Positions 28,938 to 43,848 of a DNA stretch of 64,000 nt are shown in pieces. A model generated the notes under the pieces. That model was given only the letters and a program-made list of their open reading frames with translations, made no database searches and was not told the origin of the DNA. Position 1 is the stretch's first letter. Each line of letters begins with the position of its first letter. Source of the stretch: Octopus vulgaris (taxonomy: Eukaryota); contig OX597814.1 of the NCBI GenBank assembly GCA_951406725.2, positions 222,766,001 to 222,830,000 of the forward strand. Reading direction: 5' to 3'. Made by a program: the position numbers and the translations under genes.

Positions 28938-29910
28938 AAAAATCGTGACCGGGCGTTCGGCGAGAGCATGTTAGTTACTAGCACTGATTGATCTATAATA
29001 AAACTACGCCTTTCTAGGCAGTTCAAGGCTATGTCCCTTTGGTGTCTAATAACGAGCCAGAAATGCATGTACACGTTCCAGAGAGGGCGCCACGGTTTTT
29101 TTTTTTCCATGAGTGAAAATTGCCTTTAGAAGTGAAATTATGTCAGAAACATATTGGGAAGAACCTAAAGGTGAAATATCAATAATGAAAACAGAAAATA
29201 AATAAATAAAGTATACGAGGACACATTTCTACCATTGGCACTTATCATTATTTACAACACTTTGCTTAATATCAGTCATTAATTTGAAGTGTTCAAGCTA
29301 AATAGGGTTTCATTTAAATGTATAATACTCAAACAGAGCACTGTTAAATCATCAGCAGATAAATTAAGGGGAAATTACATACTGTGTATAACACAAGTGA
29401 AGGTATGACCTGCCATCGATTGCTAAAAGAGAAGTATTTTGTTATTCCAAAGAGAGAGTTTGAAAAATCTTAAGAAGAATTAAGTAAAACAGATAACACC
29501 TTTTGAGTGCACTTTTGCCTACATGATAAATATGATAGCTTTGCAAAAAGCTATCATTCCGCTTCGTTATAAATACACAGTATGTTGCAGAACTTTCTTG
29601 AGTCATAAACATTAGTTTGAACCAATGTCTTTCCAGTTAAATTTACTAACCTGAATATATATGTGTGCCTGTAAGGCTGTATGAATTTATAAATGTATGT
29701 ATTGAGAAAGACATTGAGAAAGACATCTACATCTAAAAGTCTATGTAGACATGTGCGCGCGTGCACACACACACTCACTCACACACACACACCCACACAG
29801 ACAGTAATAATTACAATAATCCTTAGATGGAGCTTAAAGCAAATAAATATATACATACATAAAATAAATAAATATATACATACATACATATATATATATA
29901 TGTATATATA

Positions 29911-30021
29911 CGACGGGCTTCTTTCAGTTTCCGTCTATCAAATCAACCCACAAGGCTTTGCTCGGCACGAGGCTATAGTAGAAGGTTCTTGCCCAAGGTG
30001 TCACGCAGCCATGTCTGCGCC
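29911..30021 (-). mobile_element. SINE family A 5' part, head internally deleted
   Basis: CGACGGGCTTCTTTCAGTTTCCGTCT...TTGCCCAAGGTGTCACGCAG joined directly to CCATGTCTGCGCC. Confidence 0.85.
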
Positions 30022-30033
30022 AACATATAATAC

Positions 30034-30087
<54 letters not shown>

Positions 30088-32940
30088 CCCTATTAAACTT
30101 CTTTAGTGCTTTTCATATATATACAATCTCATCAATGTTTTTAATTATAATTTCGATATATGATGAGATCGTTTTTATTTTATAAGATCTAAACACAAAT
30201 TAAAAGTAAAACATTTATGAACTATAAAACATTTCCATAATTTCGTTTCGATATGCAATTATGTCAAATTATAGTCTTATGATATTATATGTATCTATAT
30301 GTGCATATATCTATATGAAAATGTGTTAAGAATAAACAGGGCGATATGAAAACACACACACACACACAAAACAAAAGGAATGTCCCTTTCAGAATTAAAT
30401 GTCTTGCTATATACGTTCTGCACCGAATTACTGGTAATTTTCCTGTCATATCTTCAAAAATGCATTAAAGCAGCAATTAGTTCTTTAGAATATAAAACCT
30501 TTACCTAACCAGGCCATTGTTCTTATTATGAGAAATGGAATATAATGATAGTACATAAGTAATATTATAGATATAAAAAACATTAAGAAAACAAATTCTA
30601 TTGATTTTGGTCCTAGTTTAGATCTTTTCTTGATAGTATCACCAACAGTATATATATGGAACTATTTCAGCTAAATTAGATTCGTTACTTCTAAATAATT
30701 ATCATTTTCATTATTTGTATTTAAGTATAAATCTTATATGATAATTCTATGCGTCATATCCAAGGAAATTAACAGATATGAACAAAATTTACTACTGGAG
30801 CAATTACAGATGTCAAACAATTTCCTTGAAAATAAGAATCGTAGTATTAGACAATATCTTTTGTAAATATGTCAGTAATATAAACACATAATTGTTAGTG
30901 TATCTAGAGAATGCCTTAGAATAAAATTTGTTGGACCAATTTTGCATAAGTATTGTTGAAATATTATCTTCATTTATTATTATGTAAGCCGCTTTCGTAT
31001 GGCATTAACAGGCTACATTAAGCATATGTAAATTTATATACTTCTGTGAATATTAAATATTTATACATTCTTTTTATAAAACCAATGTATATAAATAGCA
31101 TTTTGTAGTATTCTTTTATAGTAGCCTTTAGCGAGGAGGAGGAGGAAACAATTTCCTCACTCGAACTAACAGAAATAAAGGTTAACTCTCGAATGATACA
31201 CTTTAGAAATGCATTAGGTCTAAAATTCAATGAGACCAAGGTATAATATTGAGTTCCAGTTTACGTGCGAGGTCATTAATCATGGAGTAAATGGGTTAGT
31301 CCATACCACTAGCACCATATTTTGCAACAAAGCTCACATCGGGGAAATTTGAGCTTACTAAATATCAAGCCGGAGGAATTACGGTGAAGCATTTATTCCG
31401 ACACTTTAACGAATATGCCAATACAGCACACTTATTACAATTGATCATAAATCTGTATCACCAATACTAATCTGGGCTGCACATTTCGTTTTAAACTCAT
31501 TACGATAAATTCACGATGCAGTTGTAAATAATACAATTTACCACTTCGAAAGTATTTAACAGACTTCGCTGTCAATATTATACGTTTACACTTCTTGTGA
31601 AATGGCCTAGAAAAATCTCTTTTCTATTACTACATCCACTGGAAAACAGAATGATATAAGCCTACAACTTTATTGCTCTATTTGAAACTCTCATGTGGAT
31701 TTTCTACAGTACCCATTGAAATAATCTACGGCATTTAAGAAACAGTACAACGGAAACATAATTAGTAACGAACGAGCGAATATTTCTAATAGATGAATTC
31801 TTTATTGAATTTGCTATTTAAACAACGGGGATTATGCATACTTCCCCAGTTTTCAGCACTAACTGAACGTTTGACTATCAATGAGAAAACAAACATTTTA
31901 ATATAACTTAGGAAAACTTATTAAGTGTCAGTCTCTGAGTTATTAAGTGATCTACTAGGTACAACAGTCAATTTATTGTAGCTCTAATTACCACCTACTG
32001 CTTTCACGAGTTAAGATAGGTAGAAGGTTATGTGTGTGCGAATGTGTGTGTGTGTGTGTGTGTGTGTTTGTACACATTAACATTAAATATAGCTATATAT
32101 ATATATATATATATATGTGTGTATGTGTGTGTGTATATATATATATATATATGTGTGTGTATATATATATATACATGTATATATATGTATCTATATGTGT
32201 GTGTGTGTGTGGTTGTGGTTGTCGAACACTGGCTTTGCTCGATGTTTGCTGACTGACAAATTACCAAATGAATAGCCCCAGGGCACGCTGGAGGTCAAAA
32301 GTAAACTGAAGAAGATTGACATTTATTCCTAACAAAATAATAAAAGAAATAAGGGAAACCAAATTAGGTGTGAAATAATCGATATCTTGCTCACACGGTG
32401 AAGACGAAGCTGCACAGTTAGTAAAATATTGTTGATAGACAAGTCAACTGTAAACAATTCAATTATCAGAAAAGTTAAGCACTTCGTTCTTTGCAGCCGT
32501 AAACCAGCAGAATTAGCTTGGGAGATGTGCTTCTACCAAAATTAAAGGCGATATTATAAAGCTATATATTCTATTCCTAGAATCTATGAGATCGTTTTCA
32601 AACTATTCAGGTTAGGTTAGGTAGTCGCTGGATATAATAGATACAGTTAAAAAAACAACATTAAATCACAGCACAATGCTTGAAAACAAGAAAGGACACA
32701 CTGAATAATGTGTTCCAGAATATAAAATGTTTGCAATAATATTACTGTAGTGACTTGAGTATGTTAGGCATGGTGGATTTAATGATGTTGAGCAGAAAAT
32801 TGAGTTTAAGTGGTCAGTAGATTGGTTACAGATAAAAGCCAAATATCAGCGTATGCACATACATACAGAGCGAGAGAGAATGAAAGAGAGAGAAAGAGAG
32901 ACGTACACGCAAACGCAGATATACACAGATACACCTAATC

Positions 32941-33173
32941 TGTTTCTATATTACCCACAAGAGGCTAAACATAAAGGGGACAAACAAGGGTAGACAAACG
33001 GATTAAGGCGATTACATCGACCCCAGTGAGTAACTGGTACTTAATTTATCTACCCCGAAAGGATGAAAGGCAAAGTCGACCTCGGCGGAATTTTAACCCA
33101 GAACGTAACGGCAAACTAACTACGGCTACGCGTTTCGCCCGGCGTACTAACGTTTCTGCCAGCTCACCGCCTT
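32941..33173 (-). mobile_element. SINE family B, one-unit copy
   Basis: Reverse complement of 24663-24897. Confidence 0.93.
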
Positions 33174-33952
33174 CCAAGATACACACACCTAATCACAAAC
33201 ACATTCACCTATACAGATATGCATTTTTACAAACTTTTTTGTAATGTTGAATTTTGTAACATAAAACCTATTTTCCATGTATTTCCGTTTTACATTTACT
33301 AAAATCACGAAAAAAAACTAAAATAAACACGAAACAGAACTTAGAACTGATGGAATATAAAAAGATTTGTTTCAAAGCGCTTTTAGTTTCCGTCAGTTCT
33401 TGAGAGAGGGAGAATAGTACCATAATTCTATGCTTGTATTAGTAACCGTGTTCCATAACGATTGTCAGTCTATCCTGTTTAGTCGTGTAGTCAAAATCTA
33501 TATAGAGTTGTTTCTTTTTATTATTTCGTAATTTTCATTTGCTTCCGTTAAGTCGAAAAAGTGACATACACCGAGTTTAGAATTTGCACAGGTATATAAA
33601 TGTGCGCTACAGCAAAATAGACTAGAGAGCGAAATCACCGATTTGTGGTTTATGCATCCCAATTAGGTCTTCGTGAATGAACTGTATAGTTTATTATGCA
33701 CTCGGAGGCAATCTCATGTGTGAATTAGATATGTTTTGTATTTACAATCGAGATATTTGTATTAGTCTTCAATTGTTTTGAACATTTGTCCATTGTTCTG
33801 AATATTTTCATTTTGGCTTGTACAAACAAATCACAAATCGCGTCAAAAAAGTTCATACTCCCTTGATTATATAATTTCTTATTACCATGAGGATTTAGTT
33901 TTCTGTGCGTATGTGTGCATATGCATATTTATTAATGTGTTTGTATGTGCAA

Positions 33953-34016
<64 letters not shown>

Positions 34017-34077
34017 TTGTATGTATGTACGTATGTATATTTATACACACACAAACACACATATATATATATATCTG

Positions 34078-34324
34078 GGCGGGGACGTAAACACACCAGC
34101 ATCGGTTGCCAAGCGATGCTGGAGGAACAAATACAGACACACACATGCATAAATATATATACATATGCGACGGGCTTCTTTCAGTTTCCATCTACCACAT
34201 CTACTCAGGTCGGCCTGAGGCCACAGCAGAAAACACTTGTCCAGACTGCCACGCAGTGGAACTGAACCCAGAACCATGTGGTAGGTAAGCTAGCTATTTA
34301 CCACACAACCGCTCCTGCGCCTAT
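34078..34324 (-). mobile_element. SINE family A, lacking its 3' end
   Basis: GGGGACGTAAACACACCAGCATCGGTTG...CTCCTGCGCCTAT. Confidence 0.9.
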
Positions 34325-34341
34325 AGCCACTCCATGCATGC

Positions 34342-34400
<59 letters not shown>

Positions 34401-34422
34401 CATACATATATACATACATACA

Positions 34423-34454
<32 letters not shown>

Positions 34455-35790
34455 ATTAATGCTGTTGTTTTTATTTCCATTGTCCTTGTTATTATCATTT
34501 GCTGCTACTCTTGTATATCTACGGGCAGTGGATGTCAGAAATCTGTAGAACTTCAGAATGAATGCCTTACAGCATTTAGTTTCGTACATTTATATTACGA
34601 ACAGAGATCCTGCTGGCTTTGGCACTGTACCTTATGATCAATAATACACGAATGCGGCAAACATGACCGGAGGTAGTTTCTAATGAACAAAATCTCTCCC
34701 TTATCAAACTGTATGGCCTTTAGCCAATAAAAGATACTTATCATTTTAAAATTAAATTCTGGGTATGTTAGCGCTGCTGCTGGGCTTGTTTCTGTTGCTA
34801 ACGTTTTTGATATTGATGATGAATATGATGGAGATTAGAAATATATTTCATTCACAAAATTTTGGGTTCATATTGTATCTGAGATATCATAGATTTCACT
34901 TTACATATATAATAATGGTGTTGATGGAAATATGGCGAATTTTGGCATCTCATCTCAATTGCTTTACATGGCTTTTCCAGTCTTGGCGAATACATATCAC
35001 TGTAGCTTCTTCTCGCCAAATATAAAATGTTTGTTCAGTCAAAGCGATTTCTCAAATTGTTTTTATCAAGTTGTCAACAGTAACTGTTCATCGACAGAAT
35101 CTTATTTCAACCATCTCTGGACAAATGTGCCTGCGTGTGTATTTGCGGGTGCGTCTTCAAGTGTAAATGTACGTGGGTTTCTATTCGTTCATTTGGAGAA
35201 TAATTTCATGTGTACTGGCGGAGTAGTACTATAGAGCTACATTGCGTTCATTGGCAGTAAAATAATAGAAGCTATACATCACCATCATTGTTAGTGATCA
35301 GTCTTTCTATCTCTTTAATGGGTGCTATCGTGAATATGTGGTTGAAAAGATATGTCGTAACTATATAGTTACTGGTTCGATGCAAATACGTAATGCATTT
35401 AACAAGAATGTCCCCAGCTTAAGCAAAGCCTTGAATTTCAAATTTGGAAGACAGAGACTATGTAGCCGTTCTAAAAAAACAGTATTTTGTTAATAGGAAT
35501 TAAGCTTAATCCACCGATCGTTTTCACATTAGTGCTCAGTTTTTGCTAAATTTTGTGCATCACACACAAAGTGCAGCCGTTTGGAACAGACTTCTGGGAG
35601 AACATTCTCCCTTCCCACAAATTATTATAGGAGTGCTGAACAGTATCAACGGTAATCCTTCACCTTTTCCGAGAAGCACTTCGTGAAAACGTGATGGACG
35701 ATAGCCACGACCTTGTATTATTCGAAGGCTACTTATCTAGAACACTATTTTGACTATGTTCTTTGCCTTTTTAAGACAGTGCGTTGTAAT

Positions 35791-35981
35791 TATTTACATT
35801 ATTTACATTATTTACAATTGACGGATATTTGTCCTCATCTTATTTATTGTTAACACAACGGTTCAGCCAGCCTTCATCAGGTATCTTGGGGAAATGTCGA
35901 ACCTGGGTTCTCATTCCTAAGGTATTTTTCGATGTTGTGATTATTATTATTATTATTATTATTATTATGATTATTATTATT

Positions 35982-36066
<85 letters not shown>

Positions 36067-36134
36067 TCACTGCCTGAAATCGAACTTGGAAACTTGGGAT
36101 TAGTAGCCGCGCTCTTAACCACTACGCCATATGC
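35791..36134 (-). mobile_element. tRNA-derived SINE family E with internal (AAT)/(AAC) tract and hammerhead-like 3' region
   Basis: Reverse-complement head GCATATGGCGTAGTGGTTAAGAGCGC...AGTTCGATTTC (A and B boxes). The tail contains GATAC-CTGATGA-AGGCTGGCT-GAAC-CGTT-GTGTT and ends in (ATGTAAATA)n. Confidence 0.8.
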
Positions 36135-36797
36135 TTTCTTGAAACAATAAATTTCTATAGAGATTAGGATTTAAATTCTAATCTATGAAAAGGTTCCGTT
36201 CTACAATATTCTTGAAGGAACGCAATTTGTCCAACAACTCGGGCTAATACGAACGAGCCTGGTAGGTGTAAAAGACTAATTAGCATCTCTTATGAAGAAT
36301 ACAGGCGACAATCAGATCGCTGATATTTGTTGTTCACTCTGCTGCCGTTATTTGATTGCTGTTATTCAGAGCGTTTGTGTGCGAAGATCAGTTGTATTTT
36401 GCAGGATTGCCTTACTTTTACTCTCAACTTTGAAATGGAGGAATATATAGTACTATATATAAAAAAAACAGATAAGCCATTTGGGGTTAGAAATAAAGCG
36501 GAAAACGTGAAATTCTTCGAGCAGGCATGTGTCCTATGCGAAATCTGTGATGAGCAAGATTGACGCTGATAACTTGGAGTCGCCTGTGATATATATATAT
36601 ATATAATAATAATAATAAATATTAGGGAATAAATTCAAATTTACAGGGAAAAATCAGATTTAGGATTGAATCCAATTTTATAGTAAAATATAATATAATA
36701 TTAATTAGAGACAAAACCACTATTATGCAAATCAAACAAAGAAAGACTTAATCCAATACATAAAAAATTTTATATAAATTAAATATAATTAAGATAT

Positions 36798-36843
36798 CCA
36801 CTACGATCGTTTCTTGTCACTTCAATGGACATTCGTCAGGTGG
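36798..36843 (-). ncRNA. Minimal type-I hammerhead ribozyme motif
   Basis: Reverse complement: CCAC CTGACGA a TGTC cattgaagt GACA a GAAAC GATC GTA GTGG. Stem I CCAC/GTGG, intact core, palindromic loop III, GUA site. Confidence 0.85.
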
Positions 36844-36879
36844 TTTCAAGACCTTCTATGCAATTTTAAGGTCTTGAAA

Positions 36880-36925
36880 CCACCTGACGAATGTCCATTG
36901 AAGTGATAAGAAACGATCGTAGTGG
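36880..36925 (+). ncRNA. Minimal type-I hammerhead ribozyme motif
   Basis: CCAC CTGACGA a TGTC cattgaagt GATA a GAAAC GATC GTA GTGG. The single difference from the other arm gives a G-U pair in stem II; predicted cleavage after 36921. Confidence 0.85.
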
Positions 36926-37017
36926 ATATCTTAATTATATTTAATTTATATAAATTTTTTATGTATTGGATTAAGTCTTTCTTTGTTTGATTTGCATAAT
37001 AGTGGTTTTGTCTCTAA

Positions 37018-37063
<46 letters not shown>

Positions 37064-37165
37064 CATTAAAAGGCCTCCAAATAAAGAAGCGAGTGCTAGA
37101 TACACAAAAAGGGGATAAATTCATGAAATGGAATGAAAATCAAAAACGTTTACCATCTCAGCTAA

Positions 37166-37240
37166 TCCCGTACTGCAGTTTCATCTTTTTTTTAGCAAAT
37201 GAATAGAATTTATCTGCCAAGGCCAGAATCGTCTGCAGTA
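37166..37240 (-). ncRNA. Type-I hammerhead motif, core-mutated copy
   Basis: Reverse complement: TACTG CAGACGA [long stem II] GAAAC TGCA GTA CGGGA; core CTGA is changed to CAGA. Confidence 0.65.
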
Positions 37241-37619
37241 AGCCTTTGTAATCCGAGCTGTACATACCGTTGGAAGCACGTGCAAATTCATTCCATTTCA
37301 TGAATTTATCCCCTTTTTGTGTATCTAACACTTGCTTCTTTATTTGGAGGCCTTTTAATGTATTTATATATGAATAACGCATAGTCTAATGACTAATTCG
37401 TCTTTTGTGCTGGGTCACTGGTAATGATAATTTATTTTTATTACCCTATTTACTATGCTTAAATATTGCTCGATAAATTTGCTCGTAAATTTTTACCGGC
37501 ATCCTCTCTGTTCGCCAGGTATAATTTGCGTCTGCGCACTGGTCTGAAAAGTTAGGGTATACAGGTCGTTGGATTTGCACGTGCTTCCAGCGGTATGTAC
37601 AGCTCGGATTACAAAGGCT

Positions 37620-37693
37620 TCCTGCTGACGATTCTGGCCTTGGCAGATAAATTCTATTCATTTGCTAAAAAAAGATGAAACTGGAGTACAGGA
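37620..37693 (+). ncRNA. Type-I hammerhead ribozyme motif with extended stem II
   Basis: TCCTG CTGACGA ttct ggcc TTGGCAGAT aaattctattc ATTTGCTAA aaaa agat GAAAC TGGA GTA CAGGA. 5-bp stem I, intact core, predicted cleavage after 37688. Confidence 0.8.
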
Positions 37694-37890
37694 TTAGCTG
37701 AGATGGTAAACGCTTTTGATTTTCATTCCATTTCATGAATTTATCCTTTTTTGTGTATCTAGCACTCGCTTCTTTATTTGGAGGCCTTTTAATGTATTTA
37801 TATATGAATAACGTATAGTCTAATGACTAATTCGTCTTTTGTGCTGGGTCACTGGTAATAGTAATTTATTTTTATTACCCTATTTACTAT

Positions 37891-38064
<174 letters not shown>

Positions 38065-38824
38065 ACATACATACATAAGTATGTACGCTCTCGTACTTTT
38101 TTCTGCTGGCAATGGGACTGATGTATAAGACTCGTTAGCAGCGGCATTACGTGGCTTTTCTCTAACGAGGACATGAATAATATATTAATATATTTCCATT
38201 GGTTAGGTTTCTATTCATGTATGTATATAAATTCATATTAACAAAGACGGTTTCCTACGAACATTTCCCTTTTCTTTTGTTTTTTTCTGTTGCACTCCAA
38301 CATATAAAGGAACAGGCATATGCGTTATGTATTATCGATAGCTAACTCATAGAGATAATACAATCAGTTTATCACTATCATTATAGGTGAATATCTTATT
38401 TCTTATATGTACATATGGTTCATCCTTTTGCACTAGATTACTTTCCTTTGAGAATTTTTCATTTTACAGTTATATTTGTTGATACAATTATTGAAGAGTA
38501 TTGAACATCCCAGTGTAGTAATTGGTAACTTATAACTTCATTTTCTAATTCAGCCACGATCATGAGAGTAAAAATTATACCGAGGTGACTTCCATTACAT
38601 TCAACGTTCCGATAATGCGTGAATAAAAGGACCAAATAGAGGCAGTGTATAAGATGAATGTCAGAACTAGAGGAGATATAAAAGGGTTTTTTGCTTTGTT
38701 TTTTTATCAATAACCTCTTCTAAGCCTCTGACTTCCAATAATAAATCTTTATAGTTCTTCTCTTCTTCTATCAGAAAGTAGATGATATGCTACTTAAAGT
38801 ACATTTTGCGCATATGTGTGCATA

Positions 38825-38868
<44 letters not shown>

Positions 38869-39506
38869 GTGTGTGTGCGTGTTTGTGTGTGTATGTGTAT
38901 GTGTGTGTGCATATAATTAGAGTTAGGCAGGAAAATAGTTATGTTTGTGGTATATACCATAACGAACATCGTTATTCCACCCGTATATATATATATAGAT
39001 AGATAGATATGTATATACATATATATATATACACGTACACACGCTCGTGCGCGTGAGCACACACGCACAAACAGACAGACACACACACACACAGTCATGT
39101 AAATATTTTATATTTCAAACACACATTTCCATCAATAACATCTCCGACACGATTAACATTCTCACCTAAGAAACTAGGAAATTCTCAGGAATTCATTTAG
39201 GTATAATATACACTGAAGATCTGTATACTTATTTAACAGATAAATATTCTGAAAATGCCTTCGTTAAAAAAAAACAATTGATACCTATATGTAAATGTTG
39301 AGGTATTGATGAATATTACTATAAAGTATTTAGAATGATTGCAGTGAATTTTACGAACGGTGGTTGAACTTTCACTAAAATATTTAAAAGTTTATATAAC
39401 ACAAAATACTTGTACACAGTAATAGAATACTTAGTATTACAGAGATACATATATAAGTATGAATATAAATACACTGATATATGCATATCAATGCATATCC
39501 ATATAT

Positions 39507-39556
<50 letters not shown>

Positions 39557-40018
39557 GCACGTATGTGTGTGTGTTTTCAGTGAACACTACTTCACGTTCA
39601 GTAAACATATAGTTTATTATGCTTGAAAGATTTATACGTATATTTTTTTCCTCCAAACTATTGATTTTGTTTCTTTTTATGTTATAGATATCTTCCAATT
39701 CAAATGCGAGGAAAACGAAGATTAACTTTGAACAAATAATACCCAAGTGAATAGCGATAACAATAATAAGCTTAGAATTTAAAAGACAAAAATTTAAGAC
39801 ATCAGTTCATGAGGTTTAAAGCAAAAGATAATGGATCAATAAAGATGAAAAGATGTCAGGAGACGATAAAATGACACAATTGTGACAAATATAAAATATA
39901 ATATTAAGTAAAACGTGGTTGAAAATACAAAATCCCAATATAGACGTTATAATCAATATCAAATAAACGATCGTTGAAACCTCAAAAACAAAAATAAAAT
40001 ATATTTGTGAAACGGAGC

Positions 40019-40328
<310 letters not shown>

Positions 40329-40645
40329 TATTTTATAAATATATATAATAACTGATTCAAATCTATTTTAAAATGACTGGAAGCCATTTTGGCTCGAATG
40401 ATCACATTCCATTTTAGAAGTTGATTTATGCATGTGTATGCGTTTGTGTGTGCATGTGTGTGTCTGTGTGTGTTTGTCTTGTAAAGTGAAAAATATCTTT
40501 TTATAAGATTAAGAGAATCATGCTTGCATTTCTTTCTATTATTATAGTTTTCTTGTGTGTGTTTTTTTTTACATTCATTATTACTTTGTTCGTCAAACAT
40601 ACAAATTATGTTCTTTTTCTACTGCTTCTTTTACTGCTATCTCAA

Positions 40646-40662
40646 TTCTTCTTCTTCTTCTT

Positions 40663-40693
<31 letters not shown>

Positions 40694-40741
40694 TTATTAT
40701 TATTAGTAGTAGTAGTAGTAGTAGTAGTATTGTTATTATTA

Positions 40742-40779
<38 letters not shown>

Positions 40780-40793
40780 GTTATTATTATCAC

Positions 40794-40824
<31 letters not shown>

Positions 40825-40965
40825 ATTATTATTGTTATTATTATTATTATTTTCTTTTTAATCTCCATGTTTGGTACTTATCATCATTATTATTATTGTT
40901 ATTATTCTATTTATCATCATCACCATCATCAGGATCAGCAGCAGCATCAGCATCATCATCATCAT
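40646..40965. repeat. Compound (TTC)/(TTA)/(TAG)/(CAT) microsatellite
   Basis: Directly visible. Confidence 0.95.
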
Positions 40966-41136
40966 TTATATTTCTTTTTGTATGATTTCAAGGTGAAATA
41001 TAAATATAATTGACAGGCATACTTATGAGATTATAATTTTAACGAAGAAAATATCAAAATATGTTACATAATGTATGTGTATATGTCTGCCTGCATGTGA
41101 ATATATATAGACATGCATACATTCATACATACATAA

Positions 41137-41179
<43 letters not shown>

Positions 41180-41244
41180 CATGTGTATATATGTGTTCAT
41201 ATATATATATATATATATAAATATATACATACATTATATATATG

Positions 41245-41293
<49 letters not shown>

Positions 41294-41562
41294 GAAAAAC
41301 AGGAGATGAAATATACGAGAATATATTATTAATCACAACTATTGTTTCGACACATCTAGCATCGACTCCTCTTGTGGGAGACACAAAACTGGTTCAGGAG
41401 TGTCCGGTGGTGTAGACGTATGTCATTAAAATGACTGTTCCATAATGCAACTTTCCGTTTTGTAGGGAGAAAAAGAGGCAGACGGAGGAAAAATCTTCAT
41501 ATGTATAGAAGATCCAAGAATGAAATTGCAGAAGGCAAAAAGAGAAACGAACACTTAATCCA

Positions 41563-41643
<81 letters not shown>

Positions 41644-41646
<3 letters not shown>

Positions 41647-41817
41647 CGCAGGAGTGGCTGTGTGGTAAGTAACTTGCTAAGAAAACACATGGTTCTGGGT
41701 TCAGTCACACTGCGTGGCATCTTGGGCAAGTGCTTTCTGCTATAGCCCTGGGTCAACCAATGCCTTGTGAGTGGATTTGGTAGACGGAAACTGTGAAAGA
41801 AGCCTATCGTATATATG

Positions 41818-41850
<33 letters not shown>

Positions 41851-42054
41851 CCGTGTTTGTCCCTCGAGCATTGCTTGACAACCGATGCTGGTGTGTTTAC
41901 GTCCCCGTCACTTAGCGGTTCGGCAAAAGAGGCCGATAGAATAAGTACTGGGCTTACAAAGAATAAGTCCCGGGGTCGATTTGCTCGACTAAAGGCGGTG
42001 CTCCAGCATGGCCGCAGTCAACTGACTGAAACAAATAAAGGAAAAAAGAAAGAA
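41644..42054 (+). mobile_element. SINE family A, full length, inserted in (TA)n
   Basis: GGCGCAGGAGTGGCTGTGTGGTAAG (A-box-like), GGTTCAGTC (B-box-like), internal TA/TG tract, GACTGAAACAAATAAA tail. Confidence 0.95.
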
Positions 42055-43161
42055 ATATATATATATATATATCGGTATGACGATGCAAACGGGAGAAATA
42101 GAAGTGTACGTATATGTATATATTTTATTAATATTTAGTAGAATTAATACAGTGACTCAAAACATACATACATTCATACATACATGTATATGTGTGTTGT
42201 GTGTCTGTGTGGGCGCGCGCATGCATGTGTGTGTTTGTACGTGTGCGTGTGTGCCGTGCACATGTGCTCATATACATATATATTATATAATTATATATTC
42301 TTATATACATTAATGCATTAATACATTGTTTACATGTATGTGTGTATGTATGTATGTGTCTATCTATCTATCTGTCTATCTATCTATCTATCTATCTATC
42401 TCTTTCTATATATATATATGTTAATGTATAAAATCCTACCTAAATAATTGCATTATATATATTGGCTCGAATTGTCACGCTATTTCTATTTCAAGAATTA
42501 TCATTGTGAAATAAAGACATTTCGTTTTGTGTGATTCTGGCTACATTTTATCTGGAATATTGCAAGATAGTTATGGTTAAAACACAGCTGAATGTGTTCA
42601 GCGAATAACATACAGTAATACACGTATGAATAATAATGACTTCTGGTTCATATATTTAAACAGCATCGCGGCAAATCTTAGTAGTTCATGTATTGATAAG
42701 TACGTTCTGTTACAACCCGTTATTTTGTAATATGTTGTTATTTATTATTTGTTCAACACACTGATTGTCGACATACAACCGAGAGCTAATCATCTTCCTT
42801 CAGAGCAGAGGGTGTATATGATTGCCAGGGTATCCTATGTTAAGATTTGAAGGAGATTTCGGCCTTGTATATTATTTTCTGCGGAAGAGATCGAGACATA
42901 GCTTCAATCAGTACCAGTACTTGATATTACTTGTATTGCAATCATATATATATAGGAATATAAGAACTAAAATCACGTTGATGATTTTTATCAAATAGTC
43001 AGCATGGTAGTTTTTGAAGGTATCGGGACTCCAAGCATGCTGGAGAAAAGTCATTTTCGTCCGATCTCCTTTGGTATAATTAAATACGTATGTGTGTGTG
43101 TGCGTGTGTTTATATATATACATGTGATCCCAATCGTCCTCCTGAAATCGTAACCCCACCG

Positions 43162-43221
<60 letters not shown>

Positions 43222-43469
43222 TATACAACATACGAATACTTACATACACGAACGCATACATACATATATATGCATGCGTGCACACGACCAGTTTAAATTG
43301 CCCGTCGAAATCTCCTCGTGCGATATGGTCAAAATACCACGGCAGTGAATATAATGAAGAAATAAATATATAAATTTATATAAATAACGATAAGGTCGTC
43401 ATTTAAATGCCGATCTTATCAGGTGGCCAACATGGGAATAATAACCTTCAAAGGTTATTTATATATATA

Positions 43470-43848
43470 TATATAATATCAAATCCGTTCTGTCTGTGTG
43501 TGTGTCTTCTAGGATCTCGGGCATCCGCCATCCGATTGCGCTCAAATTTGATATGTAGATACCGACGGTATCAGGGCGTGTATAAGTCTTCAAAAAATTA
43601 CAAAAACCGATTCCAGGTGAGAATGCGATCGATAAAACCGTGGTAAGGTGTATTTGTACGCGCAAATACATCAGCTGTTGCGATCGATACTACGCGCACG
43701 CGAGAAAAATGCACGGTGTCTCAAATTTAGGTTAAATCCGTGTTTCTCAAAGGGGAGGCCTATGGGACGGTCGGACAAGTTGTTTTGCGAAAATTTGGTT
43801 TAAATGTTTGACAACTCAGCACCGTCCATTGGACGGGGGCCGTTTTGT

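Larger units (their letters stand above)
36605..37024. mobile_element. PLE-type pseudo-LTR in inverted (hairpin) arrangement, inserted in (TA)n
   Basis: Arms 36698-36855 and 36868-37024 are reverse complements with one visible mismatch and a 12-nt loop; each arm has an HHR motif. Confidence 0.8.

Noticed and set aside
35511-35697. Possible MITE with ~25-bp imperfect inverted ends
   Set aside because: Short gapped match, no TSD and no second copy in the window.
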